NCBI GenBank assembly: GCA_964016885.1
Contig: OZ024743.1
Span: forward strand, 169,632,001 to 169,696,000
Direction: 5' to 3'
From: Eledone cirrhosa
Lineage: Eukaryota
DNA: 64,000 nucleotides
Shown: piece by piece, positions 1-12,766 of the stretch
How the letters are laid out: every line of letters begins with the position of its first letter
How positions within the stretch are numbered: position 1 is the first letter of the stretch
Notes under the pieces: model-generated
Databases searched by the model: none
The model's input: only the letters and a program-made list of their open reading frames with translations
What the model was told of the DNA's origin: nothing
Position numbers and translations under genes: made by a program

Positions 1-33
1 AACCAACATCAATGACTGAGATTCAAGGAATAA
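1..33 (+). mobile_element. 3' terminus of a preceding R4/Dong-like element
   Basis: ATCAATGACTGAGATTCAAGGAATAA (8-33) matches 24/26 nt of the next element's 3' end (3184-3209); both run into (AAT)n. Confidence 0.7.
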
Positions 34-37
34 CAAC

Positions 38-106
<69 letters not shown>
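38..106. repeat. (AAT)n microsatellite
   Basis: Direct read of the sequence. Confidence 0.98.
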
Positions 107-107
<1 letters not shown>

Positions 108-3100
108 GAGATGGAGGGTTGAGTATGCCAGGCAAACGAGCCAGTGGGAAATGAAGGTGAAGAGGTCGAGAGAACGGAGGAACCACTCGAAACAGACAAT
201 GATCTGAATGCTGAGATAAATAATACCTGGAACAGAAATACGGCCACTGAGGAGTTGAATGCTGACGGGCTAGGACAAGATTTGGTAGACATCCTAAATT
301 TAGTGGTAGATGAATTGAACAATGATAGTGGGAGACCTATGAACCTAAGATTTGTAGACAGGAAAAAGTTAAAAGAAACAACAGCTAAGGTAAACAAAGT
401 CACCCCATACCTTGAGGCGAGGAGCCTTCACCAGTGCAACAATATCCTCAAAGCAACAGCAAATACGGTGAGGAAACTACTTGGTATAAAAGCGAGAGGA
501 AACAACAGACAAGAAAGAGCAGAGCCTTGGTGGAAGAAACGACTGAGTGGTCAAATCAGGGAAATGAGAAATGACATTGGAAAGCTTGAGTCCCTACTGG
601 ATGGGACACTAAAAAACATAGACACTAAAAATAGACTGGAAATAAAGTACAAAACTAGGAGGAACTGAAGCAACGCATTGTTGCAAAGAGTGCAAAAATC
701 AGGCGATACGAGAACAGAGTCAGCCAGTATAGACAGAACCGCATGTTCGACAACAACCAGAAGATGCTGTTTGGACAGCTTGAAGGGAAAGAAAGAGGCA
801 ACGACTTGATCTCTGAGGCGGAACAAACTAAAACATTCTGGAGAGGAATATGGGAGCAGGATGTTAAACATAATGACCAGGCAGTGTGGATTGAGACAGT
901 TCAGAAGGAGATCAGTGAACAGGCACACCAACAAACTGATTTGAGTATCACAATTGAAACTCTTAAGGGGCAGGCCAAAAAACTAACCAACTGGAAATCA
1001 CCTGGCCCAGATGGTGTGCAGGGGTATTGGATTAAAAACATAACATCCCTCCACCCGAAACTGACAACCATGTTCAATGACTGCTTGATGTCAGGTGAGG
1101 TACCAGAGTGGTTGACAAAAGGTACCACAGTTCTGATAATGAAAGACCGAATCAAGGGTAATGATGTTACCAACTATAGACCTATCACATGTGTGTCCGT
1201 AATGTGGAAACTGTTGACGAGCATTGTGTCTGAGGAAATCTACCATCACCGCCACACAAACAACTTGTTACCGGACGAACAGAAAGGATGCCGAAAGAAG
1301 TCACGTGGTACAAAGGACCAGTTACTTATTGATAAGATGGTAATGAGGAATTGCAAGAGGAGACACACTGGTCTTGCCATGGGATGGATAGACTACAAAA
1401 AGGCATTTGACATGGTGCCTCATTCTTGGATCACCAAAAGCCTGGAGATCTTCAAGGTGGCAGATAACATCAGACAGTTGTTGGGCAAAAGTATGAAGTC
1501 CTGGGAAACAGAGTTAACATCAACTGGAGAGTCCTTGGGAAGCGTGAAGATCAAGAGAGGTATCTTCCAGGGAGATAGTCTGTCCCCTCTGTTGTTTGTC
1601 CTTGCCCTGATGCCCCTGACCAGTGTACTGCGAAAAGTGAGAGCAGGATACAGGTTGCGAAAGGGAGGGCTTACCATCAATCACCTCCTCTTCATGGACG
1701 ATCTTAAGCTCTTCGGGAAGAGTGAGAAGGAGTTGGATGTGCCTGTTGACACTGTCCGTATTTTCAGCAATGATATATGTATGCAATTTGGTATTAGTAA
1801 GTGTGGAGTCATTGTGATGAGGAGGGGTAAGTTGAGCAGAAGTAACGGAATCCAGATACCAACAGGTGAGATGATAAAGGAAATTGACTCTAAGGAAGGA
1901 TACAAGTATTTGGGCGTTCTGGAGGCTGATGACATCAAGAACAAAAAAAAAATGAAGGAATTGATAAGAACTGAATACCTTCGGAGAGTAAGGAGCGTAT
2001 TAAAGTCACATCTGAACAGTAGGAATGCCATAAGTGCAGTAAATTCCCGAGCTGTGTCTATTATTAGGTACAGTGCGGGAATTCTGAGATGGAATGTTGC
2101 TGAACAAAAAGAAATGGATAGGAAGACTAGGAAGCTATTGACTATCTACAATAAGTTCCACAAGAGGAGTGATGTCGATAGACTCTACTTAAGGAGATCT
2201 GAGGGTGGAAGAGGTCTTATCAGCATAGAGGACTGTGTTCAGATGGAGAAAAACAGCCTACACAAATACGTGACTGATAGTAAGGAGCCAATGCTCAGAA
2301 CTATACTGAAGGAGGGGACAATAGGCCAGGGGATGTCCAAGGAGGAAATAATATCAAGGAGAAAGAGCAGCCTTCAGGAAAAATCCCTTCATAGTACCTT
2401 CTTTGAGAAAACTGAATTTAGAGATCCACAGACATGGAACTGGTTGAAAAGAGGAGACCTTCAAAAGGCTACAGAAGGAATGTTAATGGCTGCGCAGGAG
2501 CAGGCCCTCAAAACGAAGTGGTTGAAACACCACATTTACAAGGAGGAGGCTAGCCCACTGTGCAGGATCTGTGGAGGGAGAGAGGAGACTGTGGCTCACA
2601 TTGTATCCGAGTGTAAACACCTAGCCCAGACTCACTATAAGGGCTGGAGACATGATGTGATGGGCAAGGTGATCCACTGGCACCTATGCAAAGTAAACAA
2701 TTTACCAAATTCTGAGAAGTGGTATGAGCATAAGCCAGAGGCGGTGATAGAAAACGATCAGGTGAAGGTGCTGTAGGATTTTAGGATACAGACGGACAAG
2801 AAACTGGAACACAATAGACCTGACTTGGTGGTTTTGGACAAAGAAAAAAGATCGTGCCTGATTGTGGATGTGGCTTGCCCATTCGACACGAGAGTGTAAG
2901 AGGAGAGGGAGAAAATTAACCGATACCAGGACTTAAAGTGGGAGGTAAAAAGGATTTGGAACTGCCATGAAGTCAGAGTGATCCCGATTGTCATAGGCGC
3001 ACTATGGACTATCTCAAAAAGTTTCCAGGGATGGTTAAAGAAAATTGGCCCCTTCACGCTTTTTGGAACGCTTCAAAAGGCATGCTTGCTGGGAACAGCA

Positions 3101-3216
3101 AGAACCCTCCGATACGTCCTGAATATCTGAGGCTGCAGGTAGTGGCTTGATATTCTTCTCAACAAACTTTCCAGTTAACTAATATCAATGACTGAGACTC
3201 AAAGAATAATAATAAT
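107..3216 (+). mobile_element. R4/Dong-like non-LTR retrotransposon (RT + CCHC + RLE), lightly disrupted
   Basis: ORFs 144-668 and 743-2776 carry KSPGPDG, YRPITC, WIDYKKAFD, GIFQGDSLSP, LLFMDDLK and YKYLG. They are followed by CRIC..H...C and, past a stop, RPDLVV..IVDVACPFD..KINRY to a stop at 3130. Flanked by AAT repeats on both sides. Confidence 0.92.
743..2776 (+). pseudogene. Reverse transcriptase + zinc knuckle of the R4/Dong-like element (upstream frameshift, premature stop before the RLE)
   Basis: 677-aa ORF with a full set of non-LTR RT motifs. Confidence 0.9.
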
Positions 3217-6200
3217 GATTTCTTTATTAACCACAAGGGTTTACATAAAGTAGACATTAAGGACAGTGCAGGACAATACAGGACGGTACAAATGGGCATT
3301 TCTGCGTGTAAAAAACAAAAACAGAGGATGTAACAAAAAATAACAATGAAAAATTCCCCAATAGGGGGGAGACATCGGAGGGACATTTCTGGAGAAAGCC
3401 CAGTAAAAGGCCACAGTGACCCTGACCACCAAGGCAAGTGCCCTCTCCCAGTTTTCCACCTTTAATTTACAGACAAATACTCAGAGTAGGCCCATTCACT
3501 CGGGCCATACTTGCTTCTCTCACCCATCTTTCAACAAAATGCTGGGATGAGAGCACTTCCCTCTCTACCCTGATTTTCCTTTTCAGATGAAATTTGAAAA
3601 AGTTAATCAGGGCATCACCGAAGAGGTAAGTGCTCATTTTCAGCCCTTTCAAACGTGTCCACTATACTATCTCTTTCGCCATGGCCACCAGACAGATAAA
3701 AACTGCCTGCCCTTCCCGGCTAAAGGAAGAGGGCGGGGCAATCCTCACGATGGACTCAGCTGATAGCTGGATCCGTCCTACACGTGACAGAAGGTGTTCG
3801 ACATAAACCCACAAGTCAGCAATGTTCGGACACTGGACGAGTGCGTGCAGGACGGTTTCGTCGCCCTGCGCGCATCTCGGACATGCTCGGCTGACGGCAC
3901 CTCCATGCCTGTAGAGTTTATCCCGAACTGGCAAAGCTCCTCGGTAGCACTGCCAGGCCAGGGATTTCTGGAAGTTGTCCATAGGCCCCGACCCGAAAGT
4001 TCTTCCAAAGAGATTGGCTAGTAGATTTTCGTCGACATCTAGAGTTTCCCCAGGTACGTCGTCGCTCTTCCCCTCAACTAATCCTCTATAGAACGCCAAG
4101 GTGGAGTTTCCACCGATCACATTGCCCGATTGGTCGAGGGCTGTGAGCGCCTGAAGATATTCCTGACTCCCAGCGCTCCCTCTCGGTCTTCGCTTGACCC
4201 AGGACTGCAGCTCCGTCAAGGAGACGAGCTGGGTAAAGACGTGTCTAGCAAACGGCGACCACACCTGATCACCGTCGAGGAAGAGGTGGAGATGTCGTAG
4301 CCTGAGCGCGTGTCTGCGCATCATCAACCACGGCATGCCCAGCCCTCCACGTAGCGGGTGTTGACAGCAGATGGACCGCCTGACCATCGGAGCGCGTCCC
4401 TTCCACCAAAAGCGAAAGAGCAAACGCTCCAGCGCAGTCAGGCGGGGCTTAGGACACGATACGACGGTCAGGCGGTAGTAGATGACGGACGCGATGTACG
4501 CGTTAGCCACCTCCGCTCGACCTTTCAGGGATAGCTTCCTTTCGGCCATTTCTGGGTGAGAGAAGCCACCCTGCTCGTTACCTGGTCCTAGTTTTTGTCC
4601 GTCTGGAGGTCCGAACAGAACCAGACCCCTAGCAATTTAACCGGTCCGTCCGTCCAGCGCCCGACGACGCTGTTGGACGGCAGGGACCTGCCTCTCCAGG
4701 TGCCGAGCTGCAGGCCGACTGACTTTTCCTGGTTGATCTTTGCTCCTGTCACCGCTTCGTATTCTCTTAGTGTAGTGCCGATCGCCTCGATGTGTTTAGC
4801 GTTCGACACCACTACGGTGACATCGTTCGCATATGCTGATACGGATCTTCCGCATCCTAGTTCGCGCGGGACCCCGCTCAACGTCTCCAGCTTGTGCAGT
4901 AATGGCTCGAGAGTCATTACGTACAAGTGGGATGAGAGGGGACATCCTTGGCGGACCGAGCGCATGATGTTGAACGGTTCCGAAAGGTGACCGTTCACTC
5001 TCACCACAGAGCAGATGCCGCTGTGCATGGCAGCGATCCAGCCTCTGAAGACGGGCCCAAAGCCAGCCGCCCTCAGGACTGCCGCTAGGTAACGATGGTC
5101 GACCCTATCGAAAGCTTTCGACTGATCTAAATTGATCAAGGACTCACCCGTGCCAGGTTTCCGAGCTACACTCTCTACGATGTATCGCATGAGGTGGAGG
5201 TTGTCGTGGATGGATCTGTCGGGAATGGCGCACGTCTGCGCCTCTCCCACCAAACCACCGACAAGCGCCAACCTCTTTGCTAGCACTTTGGCCAAAATCT
5301 TGAACTCTGTGTTTATCAGAGGTATGGGCCTGAAATTATCTATGTTATCCCCCTTGTTCGGATCCTATCTCAGCAGCGCCACAGCTCCTCGTCTCACAGA
5401 GCTGGGAATTCTCCCGTTCTGTTGCCAGTTGCAGTCGACGTCCGCCAAGAGGCCTCCGAACTAATACTCCCTCTGCTCTATTTTTCTCTATTGCTAAAGT
5501 CTTACTAAACCTAATGGACTCTATTCTAATTGCTCTTTTCAGAGCAAACCACCACTTGTTGTTGACGATGGCCCCCGTCAACCGCCGCTTAACTAGTTCG
5601 CTAATCCGGTCTCTGTAGGCCTTGCGCGCTGGTAAGGACGCGTTTAGCTTCCAGTAGCCGGGTCCTCGTCTATGAAGCCTATCTAAGTCAAGCACACAGA
5701 TCACGAATGTGTGGTCCGTGTGGCTGACTATCTTGAATTGTGGACAGCCTATGGTAGACCTATCTATTTCCCTACAAATTACTCTATCTAGATATGATCT
5801 GGATGACCCTATGCGATTTGTCCAAGTCCACATTGGCACATTCGGGAAATCCAATCGGTACCTGTCAGACAGTTCAAAACGCCTGAGCAGGTTGATGAGT
5901 CTCTTGCACCCTCCTCCCCTATCCGCTGATCCCACACAGTCCCAGCGTGCATCTAAGATCCCGTTCCAGTCGCCCACTAACACTAAAGAACGGGACGTTT
6001 CAAGAAAGGTCTCCAGACGCCGGAAGAAATCAGGCCGCCCTGCTCCTGTCGAGGCATAGACGGCCACTAGCTTGAAAGCTTGCCCGTCTCCGCTGGTCAC
6101 GTCCAGCACCACCAACTTACATTCTGGGTCCAGGAAGATGGCCCGTATGGCGAGATCCAAACCTCTCCGAAAAAGCTCAGCAACTCCTCCCCCCGATCCC

Positions 6201-6759
6201 GGACGGCTGGGAGATGCGTACACATCGTAGCCGCCGAAGATCGGTACGAAGGCCTGTGCTTCGGAGATTCTGGTCTCGCTGATGGCCACTACATCTATGT
6301 TTAGTGACCTGAGGTCGTTGAGCAGGTGGCCCTGCTTCCATGACGACCCCAAGCCACGTGCATTTATGCTGCCTATTGTGAGTGAGGTCATGTTGAAATG
6401 GAGTGAAAAAGATGGGAAAGACCACCTACCTTACTTCTCGTTGAGGAAGGATGGTTTATCCATCCTTTTCACTGCTTGTGGCCTCCTCCGGAAGGATGTC
6501 GTTATAAATCCTCCTGGAGAGTGTTTGTCGGAAGTCTCCGATGTCTTTGGGGAATTTTTGTTTTAGTGTCGTGTACGTTTTCTGTGTGATGCAAGTGATT
6601 TTTATGTGTGGAGGTGGTGTGAACTTTTAGGTTGTGATGTAGTCTTTTTCTGTGATGCTGATGTTGTGTTGGATGTAGTGTAATAATTGGTTGTTGTTCA
6701 AATTTAATGCTGTGTAGTGTGTATCGTTTTGGTTGTTTTGTTTTGTTTGCGTTTGTTGC

Positions 6760-6761
<2 letters not shown>
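3217..6761 (-). mobile_element. Tx1/L1-like LINE copy 1 (ORF1 remnant, APE, RT, C-terminal Cys/His domain), internally deleted
   Basis: 5345-6391 APE (SINARGL, AISET, VGDWN, SYLDR, TDH, GPGYWKLN); 4588-5295 RT (LDQSKAFDRVDH, VRQGCPLS, AYAND); 3662-4549 CPRC..ETVLHALVQC. The EN-RT linker is deleted near 5461. The 3' end reads AATAAAGAAATC then (ATT)n. Confidence 0.92.

Positions 6762-6832
<71 letters not shown>
6761..6832. repeat. (AAT)n microsatellite / SINE tail
   Basis: Direct read; abuts the SINE 3' end. Confidence 0.97.
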
Positions 6833-6833
<1 letters not shown>

Positions 6834-7021
6834 TGTTTCTACTTTAGGCACAAGGCCAGCAATTACCCAGTGCATTACTGGTACTTTATTTTATCGACCC
6901 CGTAAGGATGAAAGGCAAAGTCAACCTCGGCGGGATTTGAACTCAGATCGTAAAGGGACGTAACTATGCTGGAAAGCATGGCGTCCGACCCTCTACCGAT
7001 ACTGCCAATCCACCACCACCA
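6833..7021 (-). mobile_element. tRNA-derived SINE (family A, about 190 bp, (ATT)n tail)
   Basis: Minus strand has an A-box-like TGGCAGTATCGG, a B-box GAGTTCAAATCC and a central GCCTTTCATCCTTACGGGGTCGATAAAATAAAGTACCAG. Near-identical copies lie at 18936-19130 and 54129-54300. Confidence 0.88.
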
Positions 7022-7042
7022 TATAATAATAATAATAATAAT

Positions 7043-10000
7043 GGTTTCATTTATTGTCCACAAGGTCTGACATATAGGGGACAATACAATAGATGGGGAC
7101 AATGAGGCTTTTACAAAAAAATCGAGTAAAAAATAAGAAAACAATAACAATAAACAAGAAAAATACAACAATGATAATTCCCCAATAGGGGGATAACCAA
7201 CCAGGCTTGATTCAGGTACCCCACCAATCCTGAACTACCCGACGCTTCGAAGGCACTTGAGAAGGGCGCCCCTCTCCTCCTCAAATTCACTAGCCTACAG
7301 GTGCATGATCAGAGTAGGCCCACTCACACGGACCATTCTCGCCACATTCACCCACCTTTCAGCAAATGTACTGGGGGCAACACTTCTCTCTCCACTCTCA
7401 CCAAGTGAAATTTGAAGAAGTTGATGAGGCCGAATAGAAAAGTGTCTGTCTTCAGTCCTTTCAACCTGGTCCACCGTACAACTTCTTACACTACTGCCAC
7501 CAGACAGAGGAAAATTGCCTGCCCTTCCTGGCCAAAAGAAGGCGGCGGATCGATATTCACTATGGACTCGGCTGATAGCCGGTTTCGTTCTACATGTGAC
7601 AACAGCTGTTCAACATAACTCCACAAGTCAGCAATGCACGGACACTGGATGAGTGCGTGCAGAACGGTTTCATCATTCTGCACGCATCTCGAGTAGGTCT
7701 GCCTGACAGCACTTCTGTGCCTGTAGAGTTTATCTCAAACCGGCACTGCTCCCCACCGGTAGCACTACCAAGCGAGGGAATTTTGGAAGTTATCCATTTT
7801 CCCTGGCTCGAACGTCCTCCGGAACAGAGTGGTTAGTTCAACTTCGTCAACGCCCAGAGCCTCTCCGAGTGAGTCGTCACACCTACCCACCACTAATCCT
7901 CTATAGAGCTCAAGAGTGGATGTTCCACTGACCTCATTGCCTGTCTGGCAACATTCCAGATGCCAGTCACCCAGTCTCGGTTTCTTCTTGATCCAGGACT
8001 GCAGCTCAGTCAAAGAGACGAGCTGCGGAAAGGCCCGTCTGACAAATGGTGACCACACCCGTTCACCGTTAATGCAGAATTCTGGAGATGCCGGAGCCTC
8101 AGCACATGTCTGTGCATCATTAGCCATGGCATGCCCAGCCCTCCACGTAGAGGGTGGTGGCAGCAGATGGACCACCTCACCAACGGAACTTGTCCTGTCC
8201 ACAAGAATTTGAAGAGGAGCCATTCCAACATGGTGAGATGCGGATGGGATCAAGGCACAACAGTCAGGCAGTAGTAGATGACGGATACGATGTATGCGTC
8301 TTCCACCTCCACCCTACCTTTCAGTGATAGCTTCCTCGCAGCTGATTTCTGGGTGAGACTGTCTTCCCTGCCCGTCACCTTTCCCAATTCTTATCCACCT
8401 GGAGATCTGGCCCGAACCAAACCCCCAGCAACTGTACTGGTCTGTCCGTCCAATGCCCAATGACGCAGTTGGGTGGCATGGACTTGCCTCTCCAGGTACC
8501 AAGTTGCAAGCCCGCTGACTTTTCTGGGTTAAGTTTTGCTCCCATCAACCTTTCATATTCCTCCAATAAGTTGCCGACCACCTCAATTTCCGAGGTGTCC
8601 GACACCATCACAGGGATTTCGCCTACATAAGCTGACATAGCCTTTCCGCGTCCCGGTTCGAGCGGGATACCCTGCAACAGCTCCAGCTTCGACAGTAAAA
8701 GCTCGAGTGTCAATACGTACAGAAGGGAAGAGAGAAGGCACCCTTGATGGACCAATCGGGAGATCTGAAACGGTTCCGAGAGGTGGCCATTAACTTTGAC
8801 CACCGAGCAGACGCTGCTGTGCATTGCAGCAATTAAGGATAGCCTCCAGGTACCAATGGTCGACCCTATCAAATGTTCGATTGATCTAAATTGATCAGAG
8901 CCCCCACCAAAGCCAGGTTTACATGCTACTCTCTCTATGATGTATAACATGAGGTAGCGGTTGTCGTGTATGGACCTGGTCCGGATTGCGCATGTTTGTG
9001 CCTCCCTAACCAAATCTTCAACGACAAGCGCCAACCTCTTCAATAATACATTGACCAAAATCTTAAACTCTGTATTGAGTAGAGTTAAGGGCCTGAAGTT
9101 ATCTAATGTGTCCCTCTTGTTCTCGTCTTTCCTTATCAACGTCATTATGCTCCAGCTCACAGAACTGGGAATACTTCCATTCTGTTGCCAGTTGCAGTAG
9201 AGCGCTTGGAAGAGATCGGAGAATAATCTAGCATATTTACGTAAAGCTCGTAGGGCAGACCATCCAAACCCGATAATTTGCGCCTCGTGCAGCTGACAAA
9301 GGGATCCTGAATTTCGGCTGAAGTTATCGGCCTTTTGCAGCGCTCAGCATCAGCTGTTGAGAAGCTCAGCAAGCCGTTGAGATAGGGATTGAAGTCTGCC
9401 ACCGTCTCTGACCCTCCACTTCCCCCGAACAACCGAGCAAAATGCTGGTGAAAGGCCTCACACATCCGCCTGGAATCATTCAGCTCATGTCCATCTCGGT
9501 CCACTAAAGACCAAATTGTGGTTTTATTCCCATACTGCGCCTCTGCTAAGCAAGCCCATCAAACAGTTTTGGTTCCCTCGTTTCTCAGAGCACATGCCTT
9601 AGTTCTGACAATGCAACCTTTGTGTTTCACATTGAAGAAATGGTATAATTCCATTCTCACTGCTAGCATATCAGTTGCATTGCCACTACAAATAGTCTCG
9701 TCTATCTTAGCTACCAGCTCCCCCCCCCACTCCTTTCTATTTTTCTTTAACGCCACTTCTTTGCTAAACCCTATCGAAATGTGCCAGAAACAACATGTTC
9801 AGCTTCCAGTAACAACGGCCTAATCTACGTGTATTATCTAGGTCGACCATACAGATCACAAATTTGTGATCTGAATAGGCGACTGTTTTAAAACGTGGAC
9901 AGACTACACTATTTCTATCTTCTCCTAGTGAATATTCTGTCTATATACGATCTAGATGACCCTATGTGGTTGGTCCAGGTCCACACTGGCGTATTATGGA

Positions 10001-11385
10001 AATCTAGTCGGTACCTGTCAGACAGTTGAAACTGGCTGATCAGGTACTTGAGGCTTTTGTACCCCCCCCCCCGCTCCTATCGGATACTCCCACACAGTCC
10101 CAGCGTGTATCTAAGATGCAGTTCCAGTTCCCCGCTAACAGTAAAGGGTGAGACATACCCAGAAAGGCTTCCAGGTGTCTAAAGAAGTCCGGCCACCAGT
10201 CGCTATTGTTCACATCCAGGACCACCAACTTACTGTCCGGGTCCCAGAGGATTGACCTTACCTCAAGATCCAAGCCTTTCCTAAGCAGCGCTACCACCCC
10301 ACCTCTCATTCCCGGCCGACTAACAGATGCGAAGATCTGATAGTCGTCGAAAATGGGGGCTAGTGTGCATGTGTCACAAATCCTGGTCTCGCTGAAGGCA
10401 ATTACATCCATTTCTAGAGATGTGAGGTCGTTGAGCAGGTCACCTTGCTTCCAGGGCGACCCCCAGGCCTGGAACATTTAATCTTCTTACTCTTAAAAGG
10501 TTTACTTACCTCCCGAGCTCTTGTGAAAGTCGGGTGGTTCGACCTCCAGAGTTAGTAGGATTTCTTTTGGGAACCCCTTTAAAAGTCTCGATGTGGGTTT
10601 CATGTTCGGGGTTCCCACATCCCAAGGAAAGCTCTCTCGAATTCCTTTGTAGGAATCAAACGACATTCGCACCAGAAACAAATCTTCTGGCATGCGAAAT
10701 GTGCTCGATTTAAAAACCTCCCCCTCTGTTTGGATTTCTTTACTTTGTGCTATGAGGGCCATCATTTCTTTGTTGGGCCTTCTGGCATGCACAAAGTTTT
10801 TTATGTTTTGTTGGTGCAATTTTATTTTTTTGTGTGACTCTGGTGATGATGGTTTTGTTGGTATTGTTTGAGTTGTGTCTGTGTTTGTTGTGAGTGCGGT
10901 GTCTGTGGTTTCAGATGATTGTGTGTGTATTTGTTCTTGCGTCTGTTTAGGTTGTTTGCGATTGGGGCTTCTGGTGATGGTGAGTGTGTTGGTGGTGTTA
11001 ATGTTGGTGTTGGTGTTGCTGGGGAGATGTTTGTGTGGGTGGTGTCTACATTTTTTTATTGTGCGTGTTTTTGTGCTTTGTGGAGTTTTTTCTTTGTGTG
11101 TTTTCTTTTTTGTTTTTGGGGGGGATTTTGGTTTTCCCTCATCTTAACTAATGGAAAATGAGGGGTCTGTGTCTGTAAGTGTGTCTGTGTATGTGTTGTT
11201 TTTTTTTAAACATATTTTTTTTTAAACAAAGTTCAAATATTTGGGTAAAAAGGCCCAAATATTATACTTTCCCCTTCACAGGGCAAAGTCCAAGGGCTTA
11301 TGTCCCTTTCACGACAACAAAAATTTACAATAAATGATTTATGACAGGTAAATAAAAAGACTTATGGGAGCGAGCAAAACGACAT
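7043..11385 (-). mobile_element. Tx1/L1-like LINE copy 2, more decayed, retaining a putative ORF1 and 5' UTR
   Basis: Fragments 10040-10477 (APE), 9559-9756, 9157-9504, 8375-9160 (RT) and 7486-8253 are collinear with copy 1. A putative ORF1 region lies at about 10502-11142. The 3' end abuts (AAT)n at about 7025-7042. Confidence 0.88.
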
Positions 11386-11417
11386 CTGATCACACCAATA
11401 ACCAATAATAATAATAA

Positions 11418-12766
11418 CAGTTGATGAGATTAAGCAGCTGCTATATGCCACTGCAACTATGATTGCTGGCAAGCTGCACTCCAAAATACAAACAGGGAAA
11501 ATAAACACAAAGGGAATACCAAAATGGCCGAGACAACTGGAGAACAAAATTACAGGGTTGAGGAGAAATGTCTCTCTCATATCTGAAATAGATAATGGAA
11601 CTGATATCAACACCCCAAACCTTTCTATGCCGAGGAAGAAATACAAGGACAACAGGACAGCAGACTGGAAAGAAATTGCTGAATCAATCAAGTAAAAGTG
11701 CAAAGACTAAGAAGATGCAAACAAATAGCCAACTTCTTTAAACAAAACAAAATCTTTGCCGAAGATGCCAAAAGAATTAACAAAGAGTTTGGTAAGAAAA
11801 ATATTGAAATAAGGCAACCACCTGAGCTTGTTGAAGTTGAACACTTTTGGGCAAAAAGCAAGGAAAAAGCTCAAGACCACAACTCTAATTTCACATGGCT
11901 GGAACAATTGAAAATCTCTGCTTGCACCCAGGAATGGAATGAGATCACCTCACAAGAAATAAAAACAGCAGTCAGCTATGTTGGAAACTGGAAATTACCG
12001 AGCAGAGATGGCATACAGAATTTCAAGCTGAAACATCTGGATGTGCTCCATGAAGACTTGGCTGCTGAATTCTCCAGGATTGTAGCAAACCCAAGAGAGG
12101 TCCCAAAATGAATGACAACTAGCATAACGTATCTTCTACTGAAGAATGAATACACAGAAAATCCCCTAAACTACAGTCCAATTACATGTCTCCCAACAAT
12201 GTACAAAGCCTGCACATCAGTGATTACCAACAGGGTCTACAGTTACTTCATCTGTGGAGATATATTGCCACCTGACAAAGAGGCTGTAAACCAGGGAGTT
12301 GTGGGTGCGAAGATCAGTTACTGATAAATAGACGCATAACGGAAGCCTGCAAACAGATGAAGAAAACCTGTTAATAGCCTGGATAAACTACAAGAAGGCA
12401 TTCAACAGCATACCTCATTCATGGATCATAAAGACACTAGAGATGTATCACATAGCACTAGAGATCACAACTTTCCTGAAGGCAATGATGACAGACTAGA
12501 AAACTACAATGGTCCTTCAACATCACAATGGACCACTGGAATCTAGACAGATGAAGATTAATTGTGGAATATTCCAAGACGACTCATTGCCCCCTTCGCT
12601 GTTCTGTATATCAATTGCTGCATTAAGTCAATTACTGCCAAGGACAGGCTATGAATATAAAATAGGCAACAAAACTACAGTCAGCTTTATATGGATGATA
12701 TCAAAATATTTGGAAACAATGATGGGCAGCTGGAAGGTTTACTGCACACAGTGAAACAATTCAGTA
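11418..12766 (+). mobile_element. Decayed R4/Dong-like RT fragment (second family)
   Basis: NWKLPSRDGIQNF, NYSPITCLPTMYK, INYKKAF, GIFQDDSL and a frameshifted LYMDDIK; starts immediately after a short (AAT)n. Confidence 0.82.

Noticed and set aside
23-403. ORFs with poly-Ile, Asn, His, Met, Leu or (IY)n tracts, here and at 6627-6963, 40585-41107, 41294-42166 and 51378-53017
   Set aside because: They are translations of microsatellites or antisense shadows of retroelement ORFs; no evidence of host genes.
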